Assembly (NCBI RefSeq): GCF_902713615.1
Contig: NC_052158.1
Coordinates: 158,666,691 to 158,730,690 of the forward strand
DNA: 64,000 bases
Reading direction: 5' to 3'
From: Scyliorhinus canicula
Lineage: Eukaryota
Notes under the pieces: generated by a model
Databases searched by the model: none
Told to the model about the DNA's origin: nothing
Seen by the model: only the letters and a program-made list of their open reading frames with translations
Translations under genes and position numbers: made by a program
In this document: in pieces, positions 37,991 through 50,089 of the stretch
How positions within the stretch are numbered: the first letter of the stretch is position 1
Layout of the letters: each line of letters starts with the position of its first letter

Positions 37991-39148
37991 CCAAATGTAT
38001 TCATGACACTAACCGAAGGGATGCAAAGAGGCTTCAGAATGATTTCGACAATTTGTCTGACTGTGCAAACATATGGCAGTTGGACTACCATATGTCGGTA
38101 ATCCAGTGCCATGGCTCTCTGACGAAGATTTTGGAAGTACACCTCCAGGTGCACCTTTGTACTTTGTTCTCTGAGAGCATCTTGTCGTTCCCACCATGAT
38201 CGTTGACACTTATTCCACTGCACACTGTACATGACCAAGGATTACATTATCAAAGAGTCACAGAATGCTTACAGTGCAGATGGAGACCATCGGGCCCATT
38301 GTGCCGTCATAGACCCTCTGAAAGAGCTGTCCACCCAGGCCCGCTCCACCGCCCTATCTCTCTACTCGACCTAACCTTTAGAAACTAACGGGAACTCTGG
38401 CATGGCCAATCCAGTCTCGAAGCACTGAATTACGTACTCGTGCTCCTAATTTACATTGCCTGAGCTAAACTGCGTAGTCCAGTACTGATCAGTGCGCCAG
38501 ATTGACTGTCATCATTATGTACCCGTGCTATGACCACGCCCAAAGATGTGCAGGTTGGATGGATTGGACATGCCAAATTTCCCCATAGATACTCCAAATG
38601 TTAGGTGGAGTTACCGGGATGCAGGGGAATGGAGTGCCTCTGGGTTGTCTGGTCTTCCTGAGGGTCGTTGCAGACCCGACAGGCCGAATGGCCTTCTTCC
38701 GATAACCCTTGGTAATGCATAGTGTGCAGTGCATTAAATATCCATGATCATGATGGGCACGTCAAGCTGCTCCAGAAATGCACCTCCAAAGGTGCTCTCC
38801 AGAGAGCCATGGAACTGGAGCACCTGCTTCCGACACCTACTGGAATGTAGGGGAAGTATAGTTTTCAAGAGGCTAAGAAAAGAGCCATGGTCCTCACTAT
38901 TATTAACAAAAACATCATTGTATATTCAAGTTTAAGCTAAGTTAGGACCAGCGTGTGCAAATGTCCAGAGTGGATGGCTGTCTTGTAGTCTCAGAGTAGA
39001 ATCCCAGAAAATCAACATTGTATCTGTTCAGAGAGCAAGCTGCATGATCTAGATATTTTAAGGATCTTTTTTAAATGACTGGAAGGGGTCATTTTATTCC
39101 GATATTTCATATTTTAGTTATTTAGTTCTAAAGGTAGAATTTGCTTAC

Positions 39149-39217
39149 CTTTCTCATTCACTACTTCAACTGCAGCATGTTGAACGGAAGGTTGCAAAGA
39201 TGTTCCAAATGTTGCAA
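39149..39217 (-). CDS. Exon 2 (end of leader + N-terminal spacer): (V)ATFGTSLQPSVQHAAVEVVNEK
   Basis: Acceptor TTTTGTATTTTAG| and donor AAG|GTAAGC; 69 nt, phase 1-1, no stop. Completes a plausible signal peptide ...VSMVATFG and joins SRCR1 in frame. Confidence 0.85.
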
Positions 39218-39934
39218 CTAAAATACAAAAAGTGGATGTTATCAATTCTAAAAGCGTAAAGAATTTGGACAGTGGAAATAAATAATTAAAAGAGAACTCA
39301 GCATTTCAAAAAAACCTTTGTTTATTTTTATGCTATTAATTCAAACGCTCCATCAATATTTGTTTCACAGACGCAGTAGAACCGTAGAAATATGGTTCTC
39401 TTCTTGAAGGAGGCTTTTCAGCTAATTATATCTACGTTAGATCTTAAAAAATGGTTTCCAATTTGTCCTCGCCTCACGCCACCGCATATCTGACAACTTT
39501 GCATCATAATAGCAGTGGAAACTGTGAGGCACGTGATAAGTAACGAAAAGGTGCCACGAAGAGCCTGGCATTGGTAGTTAAATGAATTGCACCCTGAGGA
39601 CTGGAAACCCATGTAATTTCAGGGGCGGAATAAATAACGGTGAATACAAGACGTTCCCTGCAGATCCCCACTCAGCTCTTTAAAACACTTCAGAGGAACA
39701 GCCACAATTTTACTTTCAGTAACCATCCTTGGGAATTTAATCCCTCGTCTGTGCCAATAAAGTCTCGTTCCCAATCTTAGCAATTTTGTGCATGTTGGCC
39801 ACTGCACTCTGAGTTTGTTTTCACATAATCCAATTAAACAATTAAAATTAAAATTGAAGCTTTCTGAGAATAAACCAATAATATTCCAAAGGGTATATCC
39901 GGCAGGACTTTGTGATAGTATGTCGACGGTGCTT

Positions 39935-40148
39935 TCTTAAATTAAGAGTACCCAATATTTTTTTTCCAATTAAGGGGCAATTTAGTATGGCCAATCCACC
40001 TAACCTGCATATCTTTGGGTTGTGGGAGAGAAACTCACGGAGACATGTGGAGAATGTGCAAAGTCCACACAGAAAGTGACCGTGGGCCGAGATTCGAACC
40101 CGGGTCCTCAGCGCTAACCAGTGCTAACCACAGCGCCACATGCCGCCT
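39935..40148 (-). mobile_element. Short A-tailed HE1-derived SINE in intron 1
   Basis: Same head and aattggaaaaaa..attgggtactct tail as the 37458 copy. Confidence 0.8.
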
Positions 40149-42839
40149 TCTCTTTCAAATTGCAATTCTGTAATTTAGTATTACCCTCATAAACTGTGCT
40201 CATGGTTTAGATTGTTTCCATCTAGCTTATTTCATTTCCCACTGCATCAGTTAAAGGACAATGATATCAATCCCGTGATTCTATCACCGCTGTTGCGCAC
40301 AATAACCCAGGCTGGATTTACCGAGTGGAGCACGAAGAAAAAGTGAATTTTGATTTTGCGGTTTGTGGAATTATCTTGAAATTTTCACAGATTTTGCCAT
40401 GCAGTCAGGGCAAAAATTCACTTCAACGGTCGGGTGTGACTGGTGTTAGTGAATCCGGTGGAGATTTAATATCACTTTCAATTTTCTTATTAATCAAAGC
40501 CGAGCCGACTGTGAGCCAAGTAAGAAAAACATATTGATTGTTGTCGCTTAACGATTGAATTGTGTGAACATCTGTCTTCGAATGAACATATCAGTGAATA
40601 GTACACTATTCTAACAACTCGCTGTTATACCTGAGAATACATGATCTGGCTAAGCGTTGATCTGCTCCAGTGGTGGAGCTGCCTTTCTGAGAGCCGAGTG
40701 AAGGTGCTGCTGTCTCACTGACGGGCAAGAAAATTCTAACATGAAGCAGCTCTCGGTCAGATCTGGCTGAAAGCATTGCTGTTGCATTCATTTGGGCTGA
40801 ATCCCATTATGTTAAATATTCTACTTTCCACCTCTGCCAGTACCTACATTGTGAGCCGGCTGCGAGTTATAGTAATAAATATTGGTGGGTTCTCGGAAAG
40901 GAACCGACGATTAGCAAAACTACAGCATTGCTTCTGCGAAGCGAACTTAAAGGTCACGCTCATGAGCGTAACGACAAAAAATGACATGGAGCTGCGCAAC
41001 AAGATATTTCAGAAGCCGTCACATATGTTTAATCAAAGATAAAGGTTCTAAGCAGCATATTGAAGGAGGAGGTGGACATAATAAGATATCAGCAGATAGA
41101 GAATAGGAATCCATCCCATGTGGAGTAATATTTTCCTCAGGTGACGGATTGGGAACATCACTCCATTCTTCCCGATTTATATTCCAATTTCACTGACCAG
41201 TGACTGTGGACCAGCCATTTATCCGAGTCGCTAAATTGAAATTAACTGCCACAGTACCTGGATTATTCGTGTTGGGTGCAAAAAAAAACTATTTGATAAT
41301 TTGTAAAAGATATACTGCTGCCATTGAGAAAGAACGTGTGCTATGTAATGAGTGTGAACGTAATGAATCTGAAGCCCGTGTTGCGTCCTCTCAAATATTG
41401 TGTTCTATATTCAGATGTTCTATGGACCACAGACCTGATATCACCTACTTTAGGCTACTTCACTGTCCAAATTCGTCTACCTTTCCCGCTTTCTTACAAC
41501 ACTGGCCTCGGTGCTGTCCGACACCCCCCCCCCCTCCCAAAGCTGCGCCCTCACTGTCATTCATCATCAATTTAATTAACATTTGGACAAATTGAAGATT
41601 AGGCGTAAAATATTAACAACTGGACAAAATATAGCAGCCAAGCATATTATCACTGAAATAGGACGTCGCTAGGATATCAATCAATTAGTTCAAGCGACGG
41701 TTGAGTCCTGCCGGCCTGTTACGTTTGTTGCAATATGTTTGCGAGAGAGATTGCATGATTCCTTTCAGTACATTAGGCACATGGTGAACTTCTGAAATAC
41801 TAGTTTACTGCGGCTGTCACGTTGTGTTGGCTTAACCGTCACCACTGAACCCTGGTGTCGGAATGATGACACTCAATGAGAAACATCTGGCAGCAATTTT
41901 CAGGCGGCAAAGCGCTGAAATATCCCCAAACGTGTCGTGCGAATTATTGATTCAAATTACTGAAATTATCTGACGCTTCATTTTTTGGATTGAAAAAGAA
42001 ATGAGCGAGAACTGAACTCTTCTCCTTAGTCTATCATCCATCTGGTTCTAATTCCTTATGTTTTAAAATTTCGTGTCTGTTAGTGATAATGGAGATTAAT
42101 GAAAGTTAAATTATACTTCCAAACTGGGATCTCATCCAAACCGCAAATTTGAAACGAGAAATATGCTGAAATGTTCCAAATAAGTATTTTGACTGATATT
42201 AATCGCTGTTATCTCTGAGGATTTACAATATTAAATTAAGGATTCAGACCCAAATCGTGGAATCACAGTCACAAAACAGTGGATTACACTCTTTGAACTT
42301 GTTCCTTCGAATATAAATTAATTCTATTCATCAAAAAACATCAACCCAAATCAAAACCTCGTGATACATGATTAGCGTCTTCCTATAGGTAGTGGGTGAG
42401 TTTGTAATTACTAAATACAATCAGTTAACTTTTGACCACCTCATGCAACTGAACGTAAGTCCATCGAAACTTATGTTTGTATAATTCATGGATGCCATAC
42501 AATTAAACCAGATATCTCGCTAATTCCAACGCAGTGGAAGAATTTCTGGAAATATTTTTCATGATCTGTGCACAGAATAAGAACCGGCCAGAGACTCATA
42601 TTGAAGAATCATTTATTGTTAAATTGCGATTGGCATTTCCCTATCCAGATTTTCCTGGGCAATTCAGAACGGAGACTGTGCAAATGATTCCCATTAACAC
42701 CAAGTACCTTTTGGACCGAATGAAAATAATCAACAAGGGGCATAATTTAAACTATGCCAATGGGTTCTGTGCGACTGATTAGAATGTACCAACATATTTC
42801 GAGATAATGCACTCTTTCCAGAAATGGAGATCACCTTAC

Positions 42840-42885
42840 CCATTGAAACTTGCAGACTCAGCATCAATATCACCAAGGACTTCAT
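42840..42885 (-). CDS. Exon 1 (signal peptide) of group-B SRCR gene: MKSLVILMLSLQVSM + phase-1 donor
   Basis: Minus strand reads GAAATG AAG TCC TTG GTG ATA TTG ATG CTG AGT CTG CAA GTT TCA ATG G|GTAAGG. It is 46 nt with a hydrophobic leader and a strong donor, and splices in frame to the 69-nt exon. Too short for the ORF track. Confidence 0.85.
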
Positions 42886-43080
42886 TTCTCGGCGACTATT
42901 ATAGAGAACAGAAGAAGTGTCTGATCAATGGTTCAGTGGACAAGCTGTAGCTCAGTTCGGTAAGAATGACATGTGACGGTGATAAAGCAGAAGTTCTCTT
43001 TTTTCAGCGGAAAGGGTTTCTTAAATTCAGGCCAGTCAATGATTTCTGCCTCTTTTTTCACTGACGCAGAACTGGAATCG
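42886..43080 (-). promoter_or_regulatory. Probable 5' UTR/proximal promoter of SRCR gene
   Basis: Non-repetitive sequence directly upstream of the ATG. Contains GATA-like (tgataa), ETS-like (gcggaaa) and CRE-like (tgacgca) words; the call is positional inference only. Confidence 0.35.
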
Positions 43081-44959
43081 ATACATCAAGAACCAGCATT
43101 ACGACCAAATTAGGCAAAGCAGCTGTAAAGTAGTTGGGGTGGGAGGGGCTATATGACTTCGAGATTGCCGATAGATTTCTAAACAGACTTTAAACGCAGA
43201 AATTGTCAGGGGAGTGAATTTGATAATGCTCAATTTTATAAAAAGCCTGCAATACCCATAATCTAGAGAAAACGACGAAAGATTAAACCAGTCCATCGAT
43301 TCAGTGATGGATCTCGTTGCACAGCGAGAAGAATGCAGACAATCACTCTGAGGATCTATAATGTGCTCCAGTCCATTGTCCTATGAGGTAAAATAAAACA
43401 TTATATGGGTGCATGGATGGATGAATGGACGGACGGATCTTCAAATCAAATCCCACATTAACAGTTTCAGCATTTGGTTTTTATTGAAGAACAGGGAGCA
43501 GCAAACGGGATCTTGATGCTCTCAAGTTGCGTGCGATGTCTATTGGTCCAGTAATAACCTTTGAGGAAGAAAATCTGTTCACCACGTTGGCTTACATCTG
43601 AATCAGTACTCCCATATGAATTGATGTGGGATCAATTCAAGGCACCTGACTATGACCAGTGGTTCTTGGAAATTGTTGCCGGCATATATTAGGCACAAGG
43701 AATGATTTGCCACGGGTCCTGATATATTTCAGATCAGCAGGTGACAGGTGCATTCAGGATGTCGCTGGACAGGGTGCTCGTGGAAGCCATTTGAATTCCC
43801 GGTTCCATCATCGCTGGCAGTACCCCATACATACAACTTGGAAGGAATTGGCTCACTGCAAACATCTCAACGGGAGTTAGAAATGGACAATGAATGCTGG
43901 CCGGGAAGCAATATAAAAATGAGCAAAAAAAATTAAATTAGGAGGAGCAATTGAACGAGTAGAGTGTGTCGGTGCAAGTGGAGATGGGATAATTAGTGAT
44001 CCGGGGGTGGATCACCGACGGGAAAGAGGGCCGTGGGTTTCATGTGGAGCTGAAAGAAGTGCGCCTGCAATCCGAGCCTCCATAATCAGTGAAGTATGAA
44101 TTTCAAACTCAGCTTGTTATTTGCAGCCGGCAGTCGACACTTTAATAACCGAATAAACCACAGTTGCAGCTGCTTTTGATGAATACTCCCAACTGTATGC
44201 ATCCAAATGGCTAAATTTGGTCTCAAGCCGGCGTTATTTCGATGCGTGTGTGAAATGTTTCCAGTGCAATATCCCTTTCAGGTGCTAAAGGCAAAGGGAT
44301 TCTGATTGCTATAGCCATTTGAGAGTTGCTTAATTAATATATGCACCCGCAAAAGGCTTGTCATCTTGAACGTCTTTGCATTTTTTATTGTCTGTACCAC
44401 AGGCTGCCTCCTGGAATTCTAGGTCCCGTACTTTCTCTATCAGCAGTACCTCACAGCCGGAATAGCCGCTTTAAATGGTTTATCTTCACCCATCGCTGCA
44501 TGTTTCTTGTTCTGTCTTCTTACTTTTCCAGAGCCATTCTCAATGCTTAAGCACTTCTGTAAATTTATCTCGGAAAGTATCATGCAGAAGCCAATCACTG
44601 ACCGTTGTCAGGCTGAGCACTGTCTATGACAAATCAAATGATTACTAGTTAACACATCGATCTCCCTCCTGGAATGCTTCTTAATTTAAACTTTGTGCCG
44701 AGAAGTCTGGCTTGCCCTCGACAAAAAACAAAACCTGGCAACACGTGAAATGGCAGGCAGGCTATTTCAACTTTGACTCTCCTGCTTAAAGCCACATCCC
44801 GATTACGGGAAGGTCCAAAACAACAAAATAACACTACAAAATGGGAACAAAGTAAATAGACAGGACGCATTTTCCACCTGGGAAGTCCAATAATTTTCTG
44901 TACGAATTTAGCTGCTATGGTGTTGCCCGCGGATCTCCTCATTTTCATTCTCAACTGAC

Positions 44960-45497
44960 TGAAGTAAGGATGTGCTGGACTTGGACAGGGTCCAGAGGAG
45001 GTTCACAAGAATGATCCCTGGAGTTAAGAATTTGTCCTATGAGGAACGGTTGAGGACTCTGGGTCTGTACTCGTTGGAGTTCAGAAGGATGAGGGGAGGG
45101 GGAGGGGGGGGGGGTAGTATTGAAACTTACAGAATACTGCGTGGCCTCGATAGAGTGGACGTGGAGAGAATGTTTCCACTTGTAGGAAAAACTAGAAGCA
45201 CAGGATATCATCTCAGACTAAAGGGACGACCCTTTAAAACAGAGATCAAGAGGAATTTCTTCAACCAGAGTGTGGTGAATCTGTGGAATTCTTTGCCGCA
45301 GTAGGCTGTGGAGGCCATATGACTGAGTGTCTTTAAGACAGAGATAGATAGGTTTTTGATCAATATGGGGATCAGGGGATATGGGGAGAAGAGAGGATAA
45401 TGGGGATGAGAAAAATATCAGCCATGATTGAATGGTGGAGCAGACTCGATGGGCAAGTGGCCTAATACTGCTCATATGTATCATGGTCTTATGGTCT
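44960..45497 (+). mobile_element. CR1 3' end
   Basis: RVQRRFTRMIPG...YEERLRTLGLYSLE...FFNQSVVNLWNSLPQ; tail (tcttatgg)-like. Confidence 0.88.
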
Positions 45498-48400
45498 GAT
45501 TCCATCGGGCGCCTGGCACTCATCACGATTTGTGACTGAATTGTGATTCTCCGCACAATCAAGTAACACAAACCTGGCTTTCTTGGATGGACAATCGCAC
45601 CCCATGATTTCTCGGAATCCCCAGGGTCCAGAAATTTCAATATTCTGCAATCACAAAAACTCACATGTTCTGGCATCTTTATTTGTAATTGCTTCATTAT
45701 TAATTATTATATAATTATCAAACACAGTAGAAAATAAAATAAAAAGAAAATGCACGTGAAAATAAACAAACAAACAAACCCAAACAAATTCAAACATGTC
45801 TTTTAATAAATTCTATAATTTTCCAGTTTACTAATGTCAAGCTCACAGGTCTGTAATTATCCATTTTCTGTCGTCCTCCTTCTTTTAATAGTGGGACTAC
45901 ATTTGCTACTTTGCAATCTGTAAAGATGGGTAATAAATGTTGGCCTAACCAACGACTCCCACATCCGACTGATGTACTTATTTGTTTACTGATGTGAATA
46001 TATTCCATTTCCTTGTTTAGATTTATCTGCTGAAACTGCAATATTTTTAGGATGTTGTTTGTATTTTCTTTTGTGAAAACACACACAAATTATTAGTTCC
46101 GTTTTCATGCCATGTTGTTACCCCCATTACCCCCCCCCCCCATTATATTTATTGTGCCCCCGCTTGTAATGGAGAGCCTGTGCTTTTCCTAATTTCATCC
46201 TTTTTACATACCTTTTGAACCTTTTGCACTGCATTATATATGTTTCTCACCTGCTCACTCAACTTTCATATTTCCATTTCTTAATTGTTTCCTTGGATCC
46301 CTTTGCAAAATTCCAAAATGCGCCCAATCCTTCGCCTTACCATTATTTTGGCCTATAAAAGTGTCTAAGACAATTGTTGATTTCAATCGTTAGCTACGGT
46401 TGGACTACTTCTGTTGGCGCGTTTCTGAGCAATAAAATCACGTTTCTTTGTTATAAACTAGCTTTTAGTCCATTAAATGATAGCCATGCACTTGTATTGA
46501 GCAAATGTTACTTGACACATTTGCTCAACAGATGTGCGGGTTAGGTGGATTGGCCAAGCTAAATTGCCGTTAGTGTCCAAAAACGTTAAGTGCGGGTTAC
46601 TGGGTGACAGGGATAGGGTAGGTCCATGAACTTCAGTATGGTGATCTTTGTAACGGCCGGTGCAGACTCGATGGGCCGAGGTCTATGACACTTGTCCGCC
46701 TTAGTCAGTATATTTTCCTGGTCTTTCTACTTTTAAATGCGGGCATCTTCCGTATCTGAGGAATCGGTAATGGTTCTGAATATTGCACAATCGTCAGATA
46801 ACATCCAAACTTCTGAACTTATAATGGAAGAACGGTGAAGAATAATATTGCCCAAAATACACCTGTGCAATTTCATTGTTCCTGGCTCTAAGCGGCATAA
46901 TGGAATTTTGAAACGGGTTTATGATACAAGTTTAATTATGTATTTTATTTGGAAAAACCCTGTGCATCGATAAAGAATAAATCATCTCATGGTCCTATAT
47001 AATGCTTCTTACTTTTACCACATTGCCTGCTATTCCAGTGACCATTCAACATTATCTCATTAATTTATAATGTCAATATCCGTGCTGGTGCATTGTTGTT
47101 ATTTTCCACCCTTAACGACAATATATTTATTTGTAATTTGTTCCCCAAATTCAAAACTGCCCTAGAATTTTTTAAAAGAAGTGTTATAGTATACTAGTCA
47201 TGTACTGACATTTAAATAAGCAACTGAAGGCAGATATTACCAATGAACATTTCTGAATTGGTTAAGGTTTGGAACATATTATACGTCCTGAGTTGCTATA
47301 TTGAATATTTGCAAAGCTAAATCCTTATTACAGTCGCCAGACATATGCATTATCTTGTCTCCTCCTCAATGTAACCTTGTTTAAATTATATAATGAAAAA
47401 TACGTAAAATGCAGCTTCCTTAAAATAATGTTAATGCCATTCTTCCTCAATAGTTTTGATTTATTTTCTGATCAGATTTGATTTAGTTCTCATTAATTAT
47501 GTAATCTCACCTCGAGATTTATACTTGCTCCATTGGTTTCCCATTTTACGAACTAAAATTACATTTATAAATGTGTTGTTCACTCAGTGTAGTTCTATGA
47601 CAACCATTGCCCTGATTCTGTACTAACCACTATTGAAACGTTGATGTATAAACTGATATTTTCCTTACACGTGACTTCTTTTCCTGGATACATCAGAAAT
47701 TGAAAACAATCTCTCAGAGATATTGGAGATCCATTTGTTTCAAGAGCAAATTATTAACAAAAATATCTCCCTTCACAGAATTAAGTTTATTGACAATCTA
47801 ACGTGCTTAATAACAGCATGTAAAGAACAAAGAACAAAGAAATGTACAGCATAGAAACAGGCCCTTTGTCCCTCCAAGTCTACGCCAACACATGTGCATG
47901 TTAAAATGCATTGCGTACTACAGTGTGCAATTGGAATTAGTCCGTTCAGTCCGGAGGATCACACCATTCTTCGGTTCACTCAAAAATCTATGTTATAACA
48001 CTACATTCATTATGTCACAAAGCCACAGTTCGCCTAATTGGCAGTGAAGTAACATGAACCTTTCACGCAATTTAGTATTCACCGATCGAGGTAAGCACGT
48101 GCTATAGCCAGAATGAGAAAACGTAGAGGTGTGTATGACTAAAGCTTTCTAAAGCAATTGGCCAAAGCTTGGGGATCATGGCTGGCAAAATAACACCAAT
48201 CTAAAGCCAAAGCTGAACTATACATGTTATGGTCTTCAATTAGCTGGCTGACACCAAAGAATATGCAGACTTTGATACTGCGTGCACACCAAATTATTTA
48301 TTGTTTATTTCAACAAATTGCTCATAGGCGCTTTTAACAACTGATCAATCGGTAGAATGCAACTTAGTCCAAAGCAATGTAAACCCGTAATTAATAAGTG

Positions 48401-48684
48401 CAGTATAATGTAAAACTTGTGGTGATTACTCAATTAATAGTACTTCGCACTGCTCCATTAAAAATCAGTGGACATTTTTTAAAAATCTTAATTTTGTCTT
48501 CTGAATTAAGCATCACATAAAATAATTGAACCTAAAAAGGAAACGGTATCCACATGATTAAAGTTCACAGTAAAGATTTTAAAAAAAAAGTAGTTTTCAG
48601 TGAATCTCTGTAAATCTGCAGCATGGCCAATTGATTTAATATTAACATTGTTATTCTTAATTTTTATTCAGCCCACTCTCAGTC

Positions 48685-49258
48685 AGCGCAGTGGGCTAAA
48701 CAGCTGGCTTGTAATGCAGAGCAGGCCAACAGCGTGGATCCAATTCCCTCCCTGGCCTCCCGAACAGGAGCCGGAATGTGGCGACTGGGGCCTTTTCACA
48801 GTAACTTCGTTGAAGCGCTCTTCTGATAATATGCTATTATTATTACACGGTGGAGTTTAGAAGGATCAGGGAAAACTTATTGAAACTTACAAGATAGTGC
48901 GAGGCCCGGATAAAGTGCACGTGGAGAGGATGTTTCCACTTGTAGGAAAAATTAGAACCAGAGGACACAATCTCAGATGAAAGGGACAATCCTTTAAAAC
49001 AGAGATGAGGAGGAATGTCTTCAGCCAGAGGGTGGTGAATCTGTGGAACTTGTAGCCGCAGAAGGCTGTGGAGGTCAAATCACTGAGTGACTTTAAGACG
49101 GAGGTATATAGGTTTCTGATCAATAAAGGGATCAGGGGCTATGGGGAGAAGGCAGGAGAAAGGGGATGAAAAAATTATCAGCCATGATTGAATGCCAGAG
49201 CAGGCCCGATGAGCTAAGTGGCCTAATTATGCTCCTATGTCTTATGGGCTATGGTCTA
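48685..49258 (+). mobile_element. Short-head SINE (48685-48845) followed by CR1 3' end (48850-49258)
   Basis: SINE body as at 19085; CR1 3' end matches 44960-45497. Confidence 0.8.
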
Positions 49259-49739
49259 AGGTTTCCCCCTGTTAACTGTTTTTATTTTTGATTCAGTCTC
49301 CCCTTTTCCATAACTGTTGTATTCCTGGCGATGCTGTGGTCACTTTTCTCAAAACGCACTCCCAGTTAAAAAATGCTCCAACCCAAAACTCCATTTTCTG
49401 GATTCTTCATTCAGTATTCCTTCTTTCACCTGGAAACACGCTGAACAAAAATATTCTCCAGTCCACTGTACAGGAATTCCACTTCCTCCTTGTCCTTTAC
49501 CCTGTTAATTTACAAGCCGAAATTAGGATAATATTATGTGCACCATTGCGACTAACCTGTAACTCCTGCACATTTAGTCCAGTTGCGGACAATTTAGCAC
49601 CCCACCTCATTCCCATTATATGGTGGCCTTTTGTAGCGTAATAATCCCTTTTGTATTGCTGAGTTTTAAGAAATTAGATTCTTCTTTCATCCCTCAATTA
49701 AAGTACCTCCGTCATGTGATCGATTGTTTTATTAATAAT

Positions 49740-50025
49740 AAACTTAATTGTCACAAGTAGGCTTACATTAACACTGCAATGCAGTTACTGCAAAACGTCC
49801 CTAGTTGCCGCATTCAGGCACATGATCGGATACACAGGGGAAGAATTAAGCATGTCCAAATTAGCTAACAGCTTGTCTTTCGGAACTTCTGGGAGGAAAC
49901 TGGAGCATCTGGAGGAAACCCACCCAGACACAGGGTGAACGTGCAGACTCTGCACAGACAATGATCCAAGGCAGCAATCGAACCTGCAAAGCTGGAGCTG
50001 TAAAACGACTGTGCTACCGTGCCGC
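49740..50025 (-). mobile_element. Chimeric SINE: HE1 head + GTGACAAT-type tail
   Basis: HE1-like head (gcacggtagcac...gtctgtgcagagtctgcac) joined to ...gcgactaggga..cagtaac..cattgcagtgttaatgtaagcctacttgtgacaat; second copy at 55445-55755. Confidence 0.75.
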
Positions 50026-50089
50026 ACACTCAATAACTTAATACTTCAACAATTATCTCCTGTTCACTTGCATGTTACTTTCCTGAATG

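Larger units (their letters stand above)
34740..38090 (+). mobile_element. Old CR1 fragments with nested SINEs (HE1 3' piece 35510-35620, HE1 36010-36340 minus, short HE1 37010-37190 minus, tRNA-SINE 37310-37890 minus)
   Basis: RVIRAWNAL, ESVCVEIRN, LLESIIKD, FEKVPHERLL motifs interleaved with recognisable SINE bodies. Confidence 0.7.
5039..42885 (-). other. Span of 5' part of CD163/WC1/DMBT1-like SRCR group B gene (6 coding exons visible, 1375 nt; 3' exons not found in window)
   Basis: All six exons are colinear, phase-1 linked and open. One SRCR per exon with 8 Cys is the established group-B architecture. Confidence 0.85.
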
